Below, piece after piece: positions 25,757 to 37,683 of a DNA stretch of 64,000 nucleotides. The first letter of the stretch is position 1. Each line of letters begins with the position of its first letter. The DNA is from Ginglymostoma cirratum (lineage: Eukaryota): the NCBI GenBank assembly GCA_024137785.1, contig JAHRHZ010000283.1, forward strand, positions 42,709,020-42,773,019, given 5' to 3'. Both the position numbers and the translations under genes were made by a program. The notes beneath the pieces were generated by a model. The model saw nothing but the letters and a program-made list of their open reading frames with translations, made no database searches and was not told the DNA's origin.

Positions 25757-26283
25757 TATGAGGATATTTGAAGAGTCATGAAATTCTGTTAGTTATTAAA
25801 TTGTCAATTATCATTCATGACTGTGGCAGGACTGTGAGCTCAGATCTGATCTGTTAATTGTAAGATGAATTAGTCCTATCCATTGCATGCTGCTTCCACT
25901 GTTTGGCACACAAGTAATCGTATGTTACCAAGCTGATACCTCCATTATTAAGTCTGTATGGTGATATGCTGTCCTGCACTTAACAATGAAACAGGGCTGA
26001 TCTCTTGATTTAGCGGTGATGGTAGAGTGAGGAAATATGTCACGCTATGAGGTTACAGATTGTGGTTGAATAGTCATGTGGCTGACGATGGACTGCATTG
26101 CTTCAGGAATGCCCAGTTTTGAATTGCTAGATCTCTTTGAAGTCTATCTATTTAGCACAATGGTAGTGCCACAGAATATAGAGGATATCCTCAATGTGAA
26201 AACAGGACTTTGTTTCCATAATGAATGTGCAATGGTCATTTCTACATGAAAGCTAAGACTATCGTGAGCACTTTGAGTTTCTT

Positions 26284-26632
26284 ACAGTGGCTCAGTGGTT
26301 AGCACTGCTACCTCATAGCGCCAGACACCTAGGTTCAATTCCAGCCTCGGACGATAATCTGTGTGAAGTTTGACATTCTCCCTGTGTCTGTGTGGGTTTC
26401 CTCTGGGTGCTCCAGTTTCCTGCCACAGTCCAAAGATGTGCAGGTTAGATGGATTGGCTATGCTAAATTGCCGATTGTGTCCAGGGATGAGTAGGCTAGG
26501 TGGATTTGCCATAAGGAATGCAGGGTTACAAGGATAGGGTAGGGGAGTGAGTCTGGGTGGGATCCTCTTCAGAGTGTCGGTGTGGACTTGTTGGGCCAAT
26601 TGGCCTGTTTCCACACCATAGGGATTCTATGA
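26284..26632 (+). mobile_element. HE1-like V-SINE (tRNA head, CR1-type tail)
   Basis: A box TGGCTCAGTGG, B box GGTTCAATTCC, V-domain GGGTTTCCTCTGGGTGCTCCAGTTTCC, tail GGCCTGTTTCC...GATTCTATGA. Confidence 0.85.
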
Positions 26633-27943
26633 AATCTAGTCAGTATTTTCCCCTGTTTCCTCAAGACTGTTAACATCATTGAGTTCTGGGAATCATGGCC
26701 AAGCCAAATACTGTCCTTGTGCATACATTTTCCATTCTTTTCCAAGTTATTTGTTTGAGTAATATGGCAGCTTTTGTCAGTGTTTTCTCATTAGTTATCT
26801 GGGAGTATGTGTTCTGAAAGGATAGATTCTGATCTTAGTTTGGACCTTATGGAAATTATGAAATGATTTACTCATGTACAGCAAGTCTTTTCCAAGTAGG
26901 ATTAGTCAACACAAAGGATTTTAATAAAGCATTGTTAGTCGTGTATACAAATGAAGTGATGAAATGTAAACAATCAACAAGCACCTTGGTAACAACAAAT
27001 ACAGTGTTAGTATCTGATTCGGGGAGCGGTAGATTGTTTGTAAATGGCCTATGTATAACTGCTTTTATTGAACTGGCATTTGAGATATTAGCAGAGAATG
27101 CAGTGGACCCTGTATTCATTTGATGATAAATCATTGAATTGTGTTATCAGAACCAAAAGTTATTATCCTAGATTCCATTAAGATTCAAATTAGAATAAGT
27201 TGTGTGCAGTTTGTACTTCAAAATGTAATAATGTTGGAAATGGTTGAGCTATACTTTAATCTCCTACTCTGGCTTTAGAATTGCTATATTGCTATATTTT
27301 TCAACCAAAATTTGATTTTGATCGCTAATCTACCCTTGACCTTTTTTGGACAGTATTCTGAGTTAAGTTACAGATCAGTGGATGATAATAAGTCTTTTTA
27401 TTCAAAATGTGTGAACTAGAATGATGGGTGTTGGTATTTCTTAATGCACCAAAACAATCTTCAGAATCTTTGCAATATAGCAGTTTAAAATAAAAATTAA
27501 TTAAATTTTGCACTATTGAACTGCACTAAACTTAGTAATCCAAGATCTCTGAAAGAAAATGACATATTTGAAACTACTGTAGCATAACGGAACAGAACAA
27601 TAGCAACTAGCTGACATTGAGAAACAATAGTTACACATCTTGGGATTAAGCATATTATTTCGTGCAGTTAAACAAATACTGTAGGTTTCTACATTTTTAA
27701 TAATATTTTGTGCAATTTGTTGTATAAAGTGCTACAATTTTGCATGGAATCTACAAAGATAAAAATATAGGTCTCTGAGCAAACTTGAATGATAAATCCT
27801 CCCTGTTGCTTTGCAGCTCCTTGAGTATTTCAATCCACTGTCTGTAATTTACGTTGCATTTGTTTTAAAACCATTTCAAGGATTATTTTAAATGTTTAAA
27901 ATTTAGAAATTTGATTAATTAATTGCTGAATGTTTCAAATCAG

Positions 27944-27999
27944 GTTACCCAGGAAATATCTGATAAAAGCAGAGTCTTTCACCTCTTAGGATCTGATAG
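27944..27999 (+). CDS. MAP4K5: MAP4K5 coding exon (VTQEISDKSRVFHLLGSD)
   Basis: aaatcag| and |gtaagg; phase 0 to 2. Confidence 0.95.
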
Positions 28000-29089
28000 G
28001 TAAGGAGACACTTATTTATTCAGCTAATTAAAGGTATTATATCTGTTCAGCTAAGTTATTGTATGTATTACAGTCTTTATATCCTTTGGCAATTAGATTA
28101 AATATTTCGATTCTAGATATCCAAAGAGATAGGTGCAGCATGCAATATTCTCCTTCTGCGTTTCACTGTTGTCTATGAACACGACCTCTGAAGATCCACT
28201 AATTACTGACAGCTTTTCCAAATCCAAGTTCGATAATACAGTTTGTGTACTTTTTTTGCTTTACCCAAGAAATAGCCAACATGAAAAACATTTAATTTCA
28301 TCCATTATTTTTAAATGTGGAATAATAACTACCTGCAAGTTTATTATATCTCAAACTATCACCAGCGACCGAGATAGTTGTTTTGTTTGTGAAGAATGCA
28401 TAGGGAAATCTCTGTAATACTTCAATTTTTGAACAATCCTGAAATGTAATTGTTGTTTTCAGTCAGTTCTTTTTTAAAAAATTAGCAAATTGAAAATGTT
28501 CATAACAATGTTGCAATTTGATTTATTCTGTAAATTCAAACATCTTTGTCCATGCCTTTGTTTGAGTTTTTCAAGTTCTTGCAATTTTCAGCTGCAGAAC
28601 AGTCAACATGGAAACATAACTTGTGCAAATAGTAGTTGTCATAAAACACAGTCGTAGTGCTTGTTCGATATCACTGTTCCCTTAAAGGTGCACGTGTGCA
28701 GTTCCCTGGAAGGTATGGCACAGGCCTTGTTGCATGTTAAACATGTGTTTGCAAGTAGCCACATAAAAAAACTAAAGATACTGCTTATTGAATGAACTGG
28801 CCACATGCAACTGCAATTTTATATGAACACTGCTCACAGCCCCTCTGCATTCTCCTTGATTTGGAACGACTGCATTCTTCATAAAAGGAATGCAAAGTGG
28901 ATAAAATACATAGTGCAGAATAAAATATATAATCTACTACTAGAAAGTCATTTCAAGGTGCTAGCCTAGGAACAATTGCAGTATCTAGTTTGCATGATTT
29001 ACAAGTTCACTTACACCTCTCGCTATAAATCTTTGATTTAAATGCCTGCTATCTTGAGTTCAGTAAAACTATTTTGCTTACATATTAAT

Positions 29090-29570
29090 GGAGTCATCGA
29101 GATTGACGACACAGAAAAAGGCCCTTCAGCCCATTGTTGTCAAAAACAGCCATCAAATTATTCTAATTCCATGTTCCAACACTCTGCCCATAGCCTTGTA
29201 TGCCTTGGCATCACAAGTGCATGTCTAAATGCTTCTTAATTGCTATGAGGATTTTTATCTCTACCACCCTTACAAACAGTGAGTTCCAAATTTCCTCCAC
29301 CATCTGGGTGAAAATATTTTTCCTCACACTGTTTCTAAACCTTCTGTCCCTTACCTTAAATTTATGTGCCCAGTCATTGATAGGTCCATCAAGAGAAAAA
29401 CTTTATTCTTGTCTATTTCACCTGGCCCCTCATAATTTTATATCTCTCAATCATGTTCCCTCTCAATCTTTGCTTTAAGGAAAATGATATTAGTCTGTCC
29501 AATCTCTCTTCATAACTGAAACTGTCCAGTGAGGCAACACGTTTGTAAATCTCCTTTGCACCCTCCCCTT
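29090..29570 (-). mobile_element. CR1 LINE 3' fragment
   Basis: Reverse complement of the CR1 tail (AAAAGGCCCTTCAGCCC...GCAACACGTTTGTAAATCTCCTTTGCACCCTC). Confidence 0.7.
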
Positions 29571-30133
29571 AATGTTCTAGTTCTGGGACAGCTTTTGCAG
29601 ATTAATCTCAATTTGGTAAATGAAAGCAAATGTTTTGGTAACTGAACAAAATGAATAACTTGTGTGAGATGGTATTTAGTAGCGTCCTATCCATTGTTTA
29701 AAAATTCTCAAATCTGAAACTGTTGGTTAATTTTAAATTGTTTTGACACTGCTTAGGGAACCTTTGTGCCTTGACTCTGTCTAGGCCTACAAGAACTGGG
29801 CTTCTCCCAATGTTTCTACAGAGCCAGACATTTGTAGATGTTGATTATAGCTGCTCTCTTGCTGTCAGACATGATGGTTTATCACCGATGTACTGTTCTG
29901 TAAATTACATTGTGTGCCCACTTTTGTGCATATCTGGCAAAATGGGGGATAATAAATACATTACATTTCATCTAAATTTTAGAATTTAACATTTCAAGTA
30001 TGGTAGATTAATACATTTTAGCTACATATTTTTCAGTCAGATGCCTCATTTAGCTAAATTGATTTGAGCTGAGTTTCTGAAATAAGTAGGATGTTCCTTT
30101 ACACTACGTTCGAGCTATGTTGTATTTGGAAAG

Positions 30134-31273
30134 TTTGCCATTAGGTATTCCTGCATCTCACTATATTTAAGGAGCAGATATCCTTTATGCTATAAGAAGT
30201 ATTTAACTGGTGTAAATTATTGCAATAAATCAGTTGTTCTTTTCATATGAACTGGCTCAATAGAACTATAATTATGTTTGAAAATGTTTGTAACTTGATG
30301 GGAATATTATATTAACTAACAGATCAAAGATTAACCATGTGGTCTGTATTCCTTGAGGTTTCAAATTTTAAGCATATTTAAATGTTTAAACTGTATCTAC
30401 CTTTCATAATTTGGAATGTGATCTTGTACTCCCCTGTATTTAAGGTGCAAAACCACAGGAGAGCGAGACTCCTCAAATTGCGCAATGGTGTGTCTTTGAA
30501 ACTGCTGTCCAGTTTGTTCCATTTTCCTGCTCTTTGACCAGTGTCTTGAAAATTTCCCCTTTTAATTATATGTTCAGTTTCCATTTGAAAACCACTTCAT
30601 ATATTGCTGCTGCTCTTTTCGTAACTGAATTTATGCTAAAGATTTGAAAGATGTCTGTGTTGGAAAATGAAATACTTTTCTTTCTTTGGAATGAATCAAC
30701 CTGGCTGCATGCAGAGTAGAGCACCTTTATCCAGGTAGTTTGCCTATTACTCTAGAAGAGACATGACCAGTGATAATACACTTGGAGATTATGTGCTTTT
30801 GACCCAAGGCAAAACGGTAATAATACTGCTGTGCCTTGATACTGCTGCTGAAGTTCTGCTTAAACTGAATAAAATATAAACACCACAAGGGTTATCACTT
30901 GAACCAATTCAGAACATGAGTGAAAATGGGCAAAAGGATTTAACTGACTTTTGTAAATTCCAATATAGCCCTCTGGAAAAGTTACATTTTTTAAGAATGT
31001 TTGTTAGTTTTTGTGCTTTGCATAATATTTGTCACTTACAAGCCATATTGCTTAGCATACCAGTAGGTCAAGTGCTCCTGAAAGGAAGTTCAACCAAAAA
31101 ATAATGCTGTTATTTACAAACATTTTCAAACATAATTATAATTCTATTGAGCCTGTTCCCATGAAAAGAACAACTGATTTATAGCAATAATTTACACCAG
31201 TTAAGTACTACTTATGGCATAAAGGATATCTGCCCCTTAAATATAGTGAGATACAGGTATACCTAATCGTAAA
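30134..31273. repeat. 160-bp inverted repeat pair (30134-30293 and 31114-31273)
   Basis: The reverse complement of 30134-30293 aligns base for base with 31114-31273 with scattered substitutions; a partial third copy lies at about 31326-31376. Confidence 0.92.
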
Positions 31274-31673
31274 AATGCTGTTATTGCATATTTCGTCAAA
31301 TGATTGCTTTGGCATTGTCAACAAATCTACCTGCCCCTTTAAAAAGTGAGAGATGCAGGAATACCTAATGGTAAACCTTGAAACCCAAAATGGCTCTAAT
31401 ATAGTTAGACTCGGTGAAATGTATTCTATAGTAAATTCCAAACTGATACTTTCCCTTGGAGGAAGGTGAGAGGGTAGGAAAGGGTTGCATATAAACTCCT
31501 CCAAGTTGTGGCACACTTTTTTTAAAGTCCATTTTTCTTGCTGCACCACAGATTAACTTCTTTTGAAAGAAAATTGTCTGAACAATATTGATTCCAGCAA
31601 TCATGTTTTATAAATATATTTGGATTTTATTGAAAAATACAAAGCCTAACTATATGGTTTACTTTTATTGCAG

Positions 31674-31761
31674 GGTTGTAGTGCTAGAAAGTCGACCAAC
31701 GGAAAATCCTACAGCCCACAGCAATCTCTACATCCTAGCTGGCCACGAAAATAGTTACTAA
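31674..31761 (+). CDS. MAP4K5: MAP4K5 terminal coding exon ([28 protein letters not shown])
   Basis: attgcag| acceptor in phase 2; TAA at 31759-31761; [11 protein letters not shown]-terminus fits MAP4K5. Confidence 0.97.
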
Positions 31762-33062
31762 GCAACACCAAGAAACTTAATCACGATGATTGTTGCTTGA
31801 AACAGGACAAACACCACAACTGCTTCCAACAATGAAGATTTAGTGAGGGAAACAGAAAACAAAATAGAAGTCCGGCTGTGACTACAGTAGCCTTGCTTTT
31901 GGTGTACTTTTATGTTTGATTCTATCATGAGGTAGATTTTCTCAGCAAAGAAGTAAATTTGGTAGTTAGATGTGACTTTATTGAAATATTCAGCCACTGT
32001 GTGGTTGATCTGTCATGTCAAGTTTGCTTCATAAGAGCGATGATTGATTAACTGAATTTTGAAACCTATAAAGATCCAGTTTCTAATTATAAAAGCACAG
32101 TAATTCAAAATGAAAATATGCTGCAGTGTTCTTAAAGTGCCACACTTTCTCATAACTACCTTCTTAAACCTTCTATTTTATAAATATTTCGCAGCAAAAT
32201 TTGGTGTTTCATAATGTTCTGTGTTGTGTATTATCTGAATCTACTTTGAGTACTAACTCTATTCCTTTGGAAGTCTTCCCTTGCTTAAATTGCAACAATT
32301 TTATAGGATTTTTAATGCACCCACTGCAAGACTGTACAGCTTGAAATCTGTCATAGTATAGTGTTAAATTGAATATTTAAAAGCTTTATTTATTAATCTG
32401 CCAATTGTAAGAAAGATTAGATACTTATGGGAAAAGATAGGTAATGATGCCATTTAGTTCCATTTATGTTATTGAAGCTTGGGGCTGAAAGGGAGAAAAA
32501 TGTTCCTTTTATAAGCTGTTTGTATGCGTAAGCATATTGTAGTGTATAATTTAGATCTTAAACTCCTACACTGTCTTTGTACGACAACACCATTTAAGCA
32601 CTTTCTGTCCCACTTTTAAGTTGTAAAGCTTATCTGTTTAGGTGCCACAGCAGATTTTTTTCATATTTTAATCTTTTCACATACAGTGCATAGCAAAGGT
32701 GTCTTTTATACACATGCAGTCATAGTTTATAAAAGGTAATAAAACGTAAATTTTTCAAACATAATTTTAATTTTTTGATATAAACAATCTTCTGGCTCAA
32801 ATGATTTGGAAAATTATCCCATTTCACCATTTATTCTTTCAACTTTGGAGTTGGAGTATGATTTATGATTATAAGCAGTGAACGTTTTAAAGTCACCATT
32901 TTCAGTTTCTACCTCAACCTATAAATGGCTGGTTTCTGTGCCTCCACTTTATTTTGAAGATCTTTCAGCAAAATTTATTCACATCCTTAAAATTAGTCAT
33001 ACATATTAAAGACTCTAATTCAGTGGAATAAACACTAATTGTAGCAAAAAACTTGAATTAAT

Positions 33063-33103
33063 TGTAGCTCTGTAATATGTACCTGTAAATAATGTAAAAT
33101 AAA
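33063..33103 (+). terminator. Likely MAP4K5 polyadenylation signal region
   Basis: AATAAA at 33098-33103 preceded by five TGTA motifs; other AATAAA hexamers at 32738-32743 and 33027-33032. Confidence 0.6.
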
Positions 33104-34004
33104 ATATTCAATGCATGGGCTCAAATTTATGTATCATAATTGCTTTGTGCATAAGAGCTATTTTATAAACTTGCAATAGAAAATAATCCCTTTCTGAAGG
33201 GAGTGCTTGGATTTAAATTTATAAGTCTTTATCCTACTCATTTGTTTGAGCTGGGTGCAAATTTTGTGTATTTTGTCAACGGACCTCTATGCTAGCCCTA
33301 GTTTAAAATTAGCGATTAATCAGTATTTTTTGAAATTGGTTTACAAAACGTTTGCTTACAGTTCCTGCATTCACAATGTAGTATAGCAAGTTATGTAAAC
33401 AGCAAACTGATAAGTGTCATGAAAGTATCACGTATACATGTTCCTGAAAACAGTTGTTTAAGAAATATACATGCCTCCTGAAGTATACCATCTGTAAATG
33501 TTGAGCTTCCTTGGTGAAATGAAAGAGATCTGTTTAGCATGTAATTATTCTTCTTGAGCAGTAGTAAGGAACTACTTTGTTAAATGCCTCAATATACAAT
33601 ACAATGACAACAATGGCCATTTTTAAAGATTGATTCTTATCAGAATTTACATCAAATATTTATAAATTTGTCATTTTTCAGATGTTCAATATTATTACAA
33701 CACAATTTGTTACTGCTATCAGCTTAGAAATAGAGACAAAATAGATGTAATTCAAATTCCTGGTTTTCCATCTCCCCCTGTTTGAGTGCTATGAGAATAC
33801 CTTGTTTAAATAATTTAGAAAGTTAGAAATGGAGAAAGATTCACAGTACTTATGTAACTACTGCCCGTAAGTACCCATCAGCCATCACCCATTTTGGAGG
33901 AGTGTGTGTATTTGGACCACTTGTGTAGAAATTGTCTGCTGGGTGGATCAAATTTATATGTCAGACATACCTGAAAAAGTTGAATTTATTGATTTCTGCC
34001 AAGA

Positions 34005-34560
34005 AGACCACAGATGTTGGAATTCTGAAATAAAGCATTGCTGGAAATACTCAGCAATATCTATGAGGAGAAAAGCAGTTTACAAAGTGGCTGTCTGAAA
34101 AGTGAGAAATGTGATGGATTTTGATTGTTTGAAAGAAAGAGTGGAGGGAAAAAAATTGAAGGGAAACTTTTCTGTTCACTTGGGGAGACGAGATAAAATG
34201 AGAAAAAAGTTTAATTATGCAAGGCTGAAAGAAATGGAAATGGGACAGAAAGTAAAAGATGTGTCTAGAGGAGGCCTGAAGGCAGGATCTAAAGAAGCTC
34301 CTATCCTAAAGCGAAGAAAATAGGGGGTGGTCAGAGGAATGAGGAAAGAAAACAAAACACAAAGTGGGGCACAAATTACAACTAAAAGTGTTAACTCTGT
34401 TTTAATTCCAGAAGGTCATAAAGTACCCATTCAGGAGAACAAGTTGCTGTTCCTTGAGCTTGTGTGGAGCTTTATGGGAATATAGCAAGAAATTCAATGA
34501 CCAGCAACTGGAAGCTTTGGGTTACATTTGTGGACTGATGAAAGTTATCACTCATTCAGC
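34005..34560 (-). mobile_element. Old Penelope-like element 3' remnant
   Basis: CACAGATGTTGGAATTCTGAAATAAAGCATTGCTGGAAATACTCAGCA terminus and TTGCTGTTCCTTGAGCTTG block resemble 15663-16200. Confidence 0.45.
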
Positions 34561-34858
34561 AAAAAACTTTGCCTGTCAGTTATGAGTGATTGTAAGCTTA
34601 ACTTTATTGGATACCAACAGCCCTTTGGATCTTTGCCCTTTGACTTTGACTTTGTCCCTTCTAATAATCTCACCCTTGAAAGTTTGAGAAGATCTGTCTG
34701 CAGGATTTGAAGACATATCTGCAAACTAATCTCACCCTTGCCTTTATTCATAATTCTGACTTTGATCTCTTTGAGCCTGTCTATCTTTCTTTACTAAAAG
34801 CCTAAGTTTCATCACCATTAACCTCCACTCTATAAGAACTTCAAGGTCAGCATAAAGC

Positions 34859-37508
34859 TTTTTTTGTTTCTATTCATTTGTGGGATGTGGGCATTGCTGG
34901 CTAGCCAGCATTTCTTGCCCATCCCTAGTTGCCCTTGAGAAGTTGGTGGTGAGCTACCTTCTTGAACTGCTGAAGTCCTCCTGTGGGTTGACCCACAATT
35001 CTATTAGGGAGGGAATTCCAGGATTTTGAACCAGTGACAATGAAGGAACGGCAATATATTTCCAAGTTGGGATGGTGAGTGGCTTGGAGGGTAATTTGGA
35101 GGTGGTGGTGTTCCCATCTGCCTGGTGTCCTTGTCCTTCTCGATGGAGGTGGTTGTGGGTTTGGAAGGTGCTGTATGAGGATCTTTGGTGAATTTTTGCA
35201 GTGCATCTTGTAGATAGTACACACTGCTGCTTCTGAGCGTTAGTGGTAGAAGGAGTGAATGCTTGTGGATGAAGTACCAATCGAGCAGGCTGCTTTGTCC
35301 TGGATGGTGTCAAGCTTCTTGAGTATTGTTGAGGCTGCACTCATCCAGGCAAGTGGGGAATATTCTATCACACTCCTGACTTGTGCCTTTTAGATGGCAG
35401 ACAGGCTTTGAGGAGTCAGAAGGTGAGTTACTCACCGCAGTATTCCTAGCTTCTGGCCTGCTTTTGTAGCCAGTGTGTTTATGTGGTGAGTCCAGTTAGT
35501 TTCTGGTCAATGATAACACCCAGCATGTTGATAGTGTCGGATTCAGTGAAGTTAACACCATTGAATGTCAAGGGACGGTGGTTAGATTGTCTCTTATTGG
35601 TGATGGTCATAGCCTGGCATTTGTGTGGTGTGAATGTCACTTGCCACTTGTCAGCTCAAGCCTGGATATTGTCCAGATCTTGCATTTGAACATAGACAGC
35701 TTCAGTACCTGAGGAGTCACAAATGGTGCTGAACATTGTGCAATCATCGGCAAACATCCCCACTTCTGACCTTTTATGATGGAGGGAAGGTCATTGATGA
35801 AGCAGCTGAAGATCGTTGGGCTTAGGACACTAACCTGCAGTGATGTCCTGGAGCTGAGATGATTTGACCACGACCATCTTCCTATGTGTCAGGAATGACT
35901 CAAACCACTGGAGAGTTTGCCCCTGATTCCCGTTGATTCCAGTTTTGCCAGGGCTCCTTGATGCCACACTTGGTCAAATGCAGCCTTGATATCAAGGTCT
36001 GTCACTCTCACCTCACCTCTGGAATTCAGCTCTTTTGTCCATGTTTGGACCAAGACTGTAATGAGATCATGAGCTGAGTGGCCCTGGCAGAACCTAAACT
36101 GGGTGTCACTGAGCAGGTTATTTCTGAGCGGGTGCTGCACTATTGATGACGCCTTCCATCACTTTACTGATGATTGAGAGGAGACTGATGGTGCGGTATT
36201 TGGCTGGGTTGGATTTGTCCTGCTTTTTGTGTCAGGACTTACTTGGGCAATTTTTCAAATTATTGGGTAGATACCAGTATTGTGACTGTATTGGAACAGC
36301 TTGGCTAGGGGAGCGGCAAGTTCCGGAGAACAAGTCTTCAATACAGTTGTTGGGGCCCGTTGCCTTTGCCGTATCTAGTGTTTCCAACCGTTTCTTGATA
36401 TCATGTGGAGTGAACTGAATTGGCTGAAGACTGGTATCTGTAATGCTGGAGACCACTGAAGGAGGCCGAGATGGATCATCCACTCGGCACTTCTGGCTGA
36501 AGATTGCTGCGAATGCCTCAGCCTTATCTTTTGCACTGACGTGTTGTGCTCTTCCATCATTGAGGATGGGAATATTTGTGGAGCCTCCTCCTCCAGTGAG
36601 TTGTTTAATTGTCCACCATCATTCATGACTGGATGTGGCATGACTGGATGTGGCAGGACTGCAGAGCTTAGATCTGATCCGTTGGCTGTGGGATTGCTTA
36701 GCTCTGTCGATCACTTGCTGCTTTCACTATTTGGTGTGCAAGTAGTCCTGTTTGGTGGCTTCACCATACCTTATCTTCAGGTATGCCTGGTTCTGCTCCT
36801 GGGATGCCCTCCTGCACTCTCCATTGAACCAGTGTTAATCCCCTGGCTTGACTGTAATGGTTGAGTAGAGGATATGCTGGGCCATGAGGTCACAGATTGT
36901 GCTGGAATACAATTCTGCTGCTGTTGATGGCCCACAGCATCTCGTGGATGCCCAGTCTTGAGTTGGTAGATCTGTGCGAAGTCTGTACACATTTTGCATG
37001 GTGATAGTGCCACACAACACGATGGAAGTTATTTCCAACGTGAAGGCTCCACCAGGACTGTGCAATGGTCACTCTCACACCATTACTGTCATGGACAGGT
37101 GCAACTGCAGCTGGCAGATTAGTAAGGATTAGTTCAAGCATGTGTTTCCTTCTTGTTGGTTCCACCACCATCTGCTGCAGATCCAGTCTAGCAGCTATGT
37201 CCTTTAGAATCCGACCAGCTCGATCAGTAGAACTGCTGCTGAGCCACTGTTGGTGGTGGACATTGAAATCCCCTACCCAGAATACATTTTGTATCCTTGC
37301 TATCCCCAGTGCTTCCTCTTATGTGTTGCTCAACAGTGAGGAGTACTGATTCATCAGCTGTGGAAGATGGTATGTGGTAATCAGCGGGAGGTTTCCTTGC
37401 CCATGCTTAACCTGAAGCCATGAGAGTTCATGGGGTCTGAAGTCAATGTTGAGGACTCCTAGAGCAACACCCTCCTGACTGGTATACCATTGTGCCACCA
37501 CCTCTGAC
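34859..37508 (-). mobile_element. CR1/L2-group LINE, 5'-truncated (APE remnant plus RT)
   Basis: Minus-strand PTRRKHMLELILTNLP (endonuclease) and QFRFCQGHSAHDLIT...LDIKAAFDQVWHQGALAKL (RT); A-rich tail at 34859-34875; many frameshifts. Confidence 0.88.
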
Positions 37509-37515
37509 AGGAGTA

Positions 37516-37550
37516 GTCGTCGTCGTCGTCATCGTCATCATCATCATCAT
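37516..37550. repeat. (GTC)n/(ATC)n compound microsatellite at the LINE truncation point
   Basis: Read directly. Confidence 0.9.
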
Positions 37551-37683
37551 GTTTCAGTTGTCAAAGTCACATTACATTTCTAACCGTTCCTAGTTCCGAT
37601 GAAAGTCTACAGTCTAGAAACATGAAGTGACTGTCTCTTTTCAAATATTGAGATTGCTTGATGGCAGAGATTTCATAATTTTA

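Larger units (their letters stand above)
23745..26235 (-). mobile_element. CR1/L2-group LINE, older copy of the 34859-37508 family, with nested insertions
   Basis: ORF 24789-25073 (LDIKTAFDKMWHQVVLAKLESMGIRGN) is collinear with the 35-37 kb copy. Confidence 0.8.

Noticed and set aside
26284-26345. tRNA-like sequences at SINE heads (also near 44842, 54940, 63123 and 24390)
   Set aside because: A/B boxes run into SINE bodies or lack a complete cloverleaf, so they are not tRNA genes.
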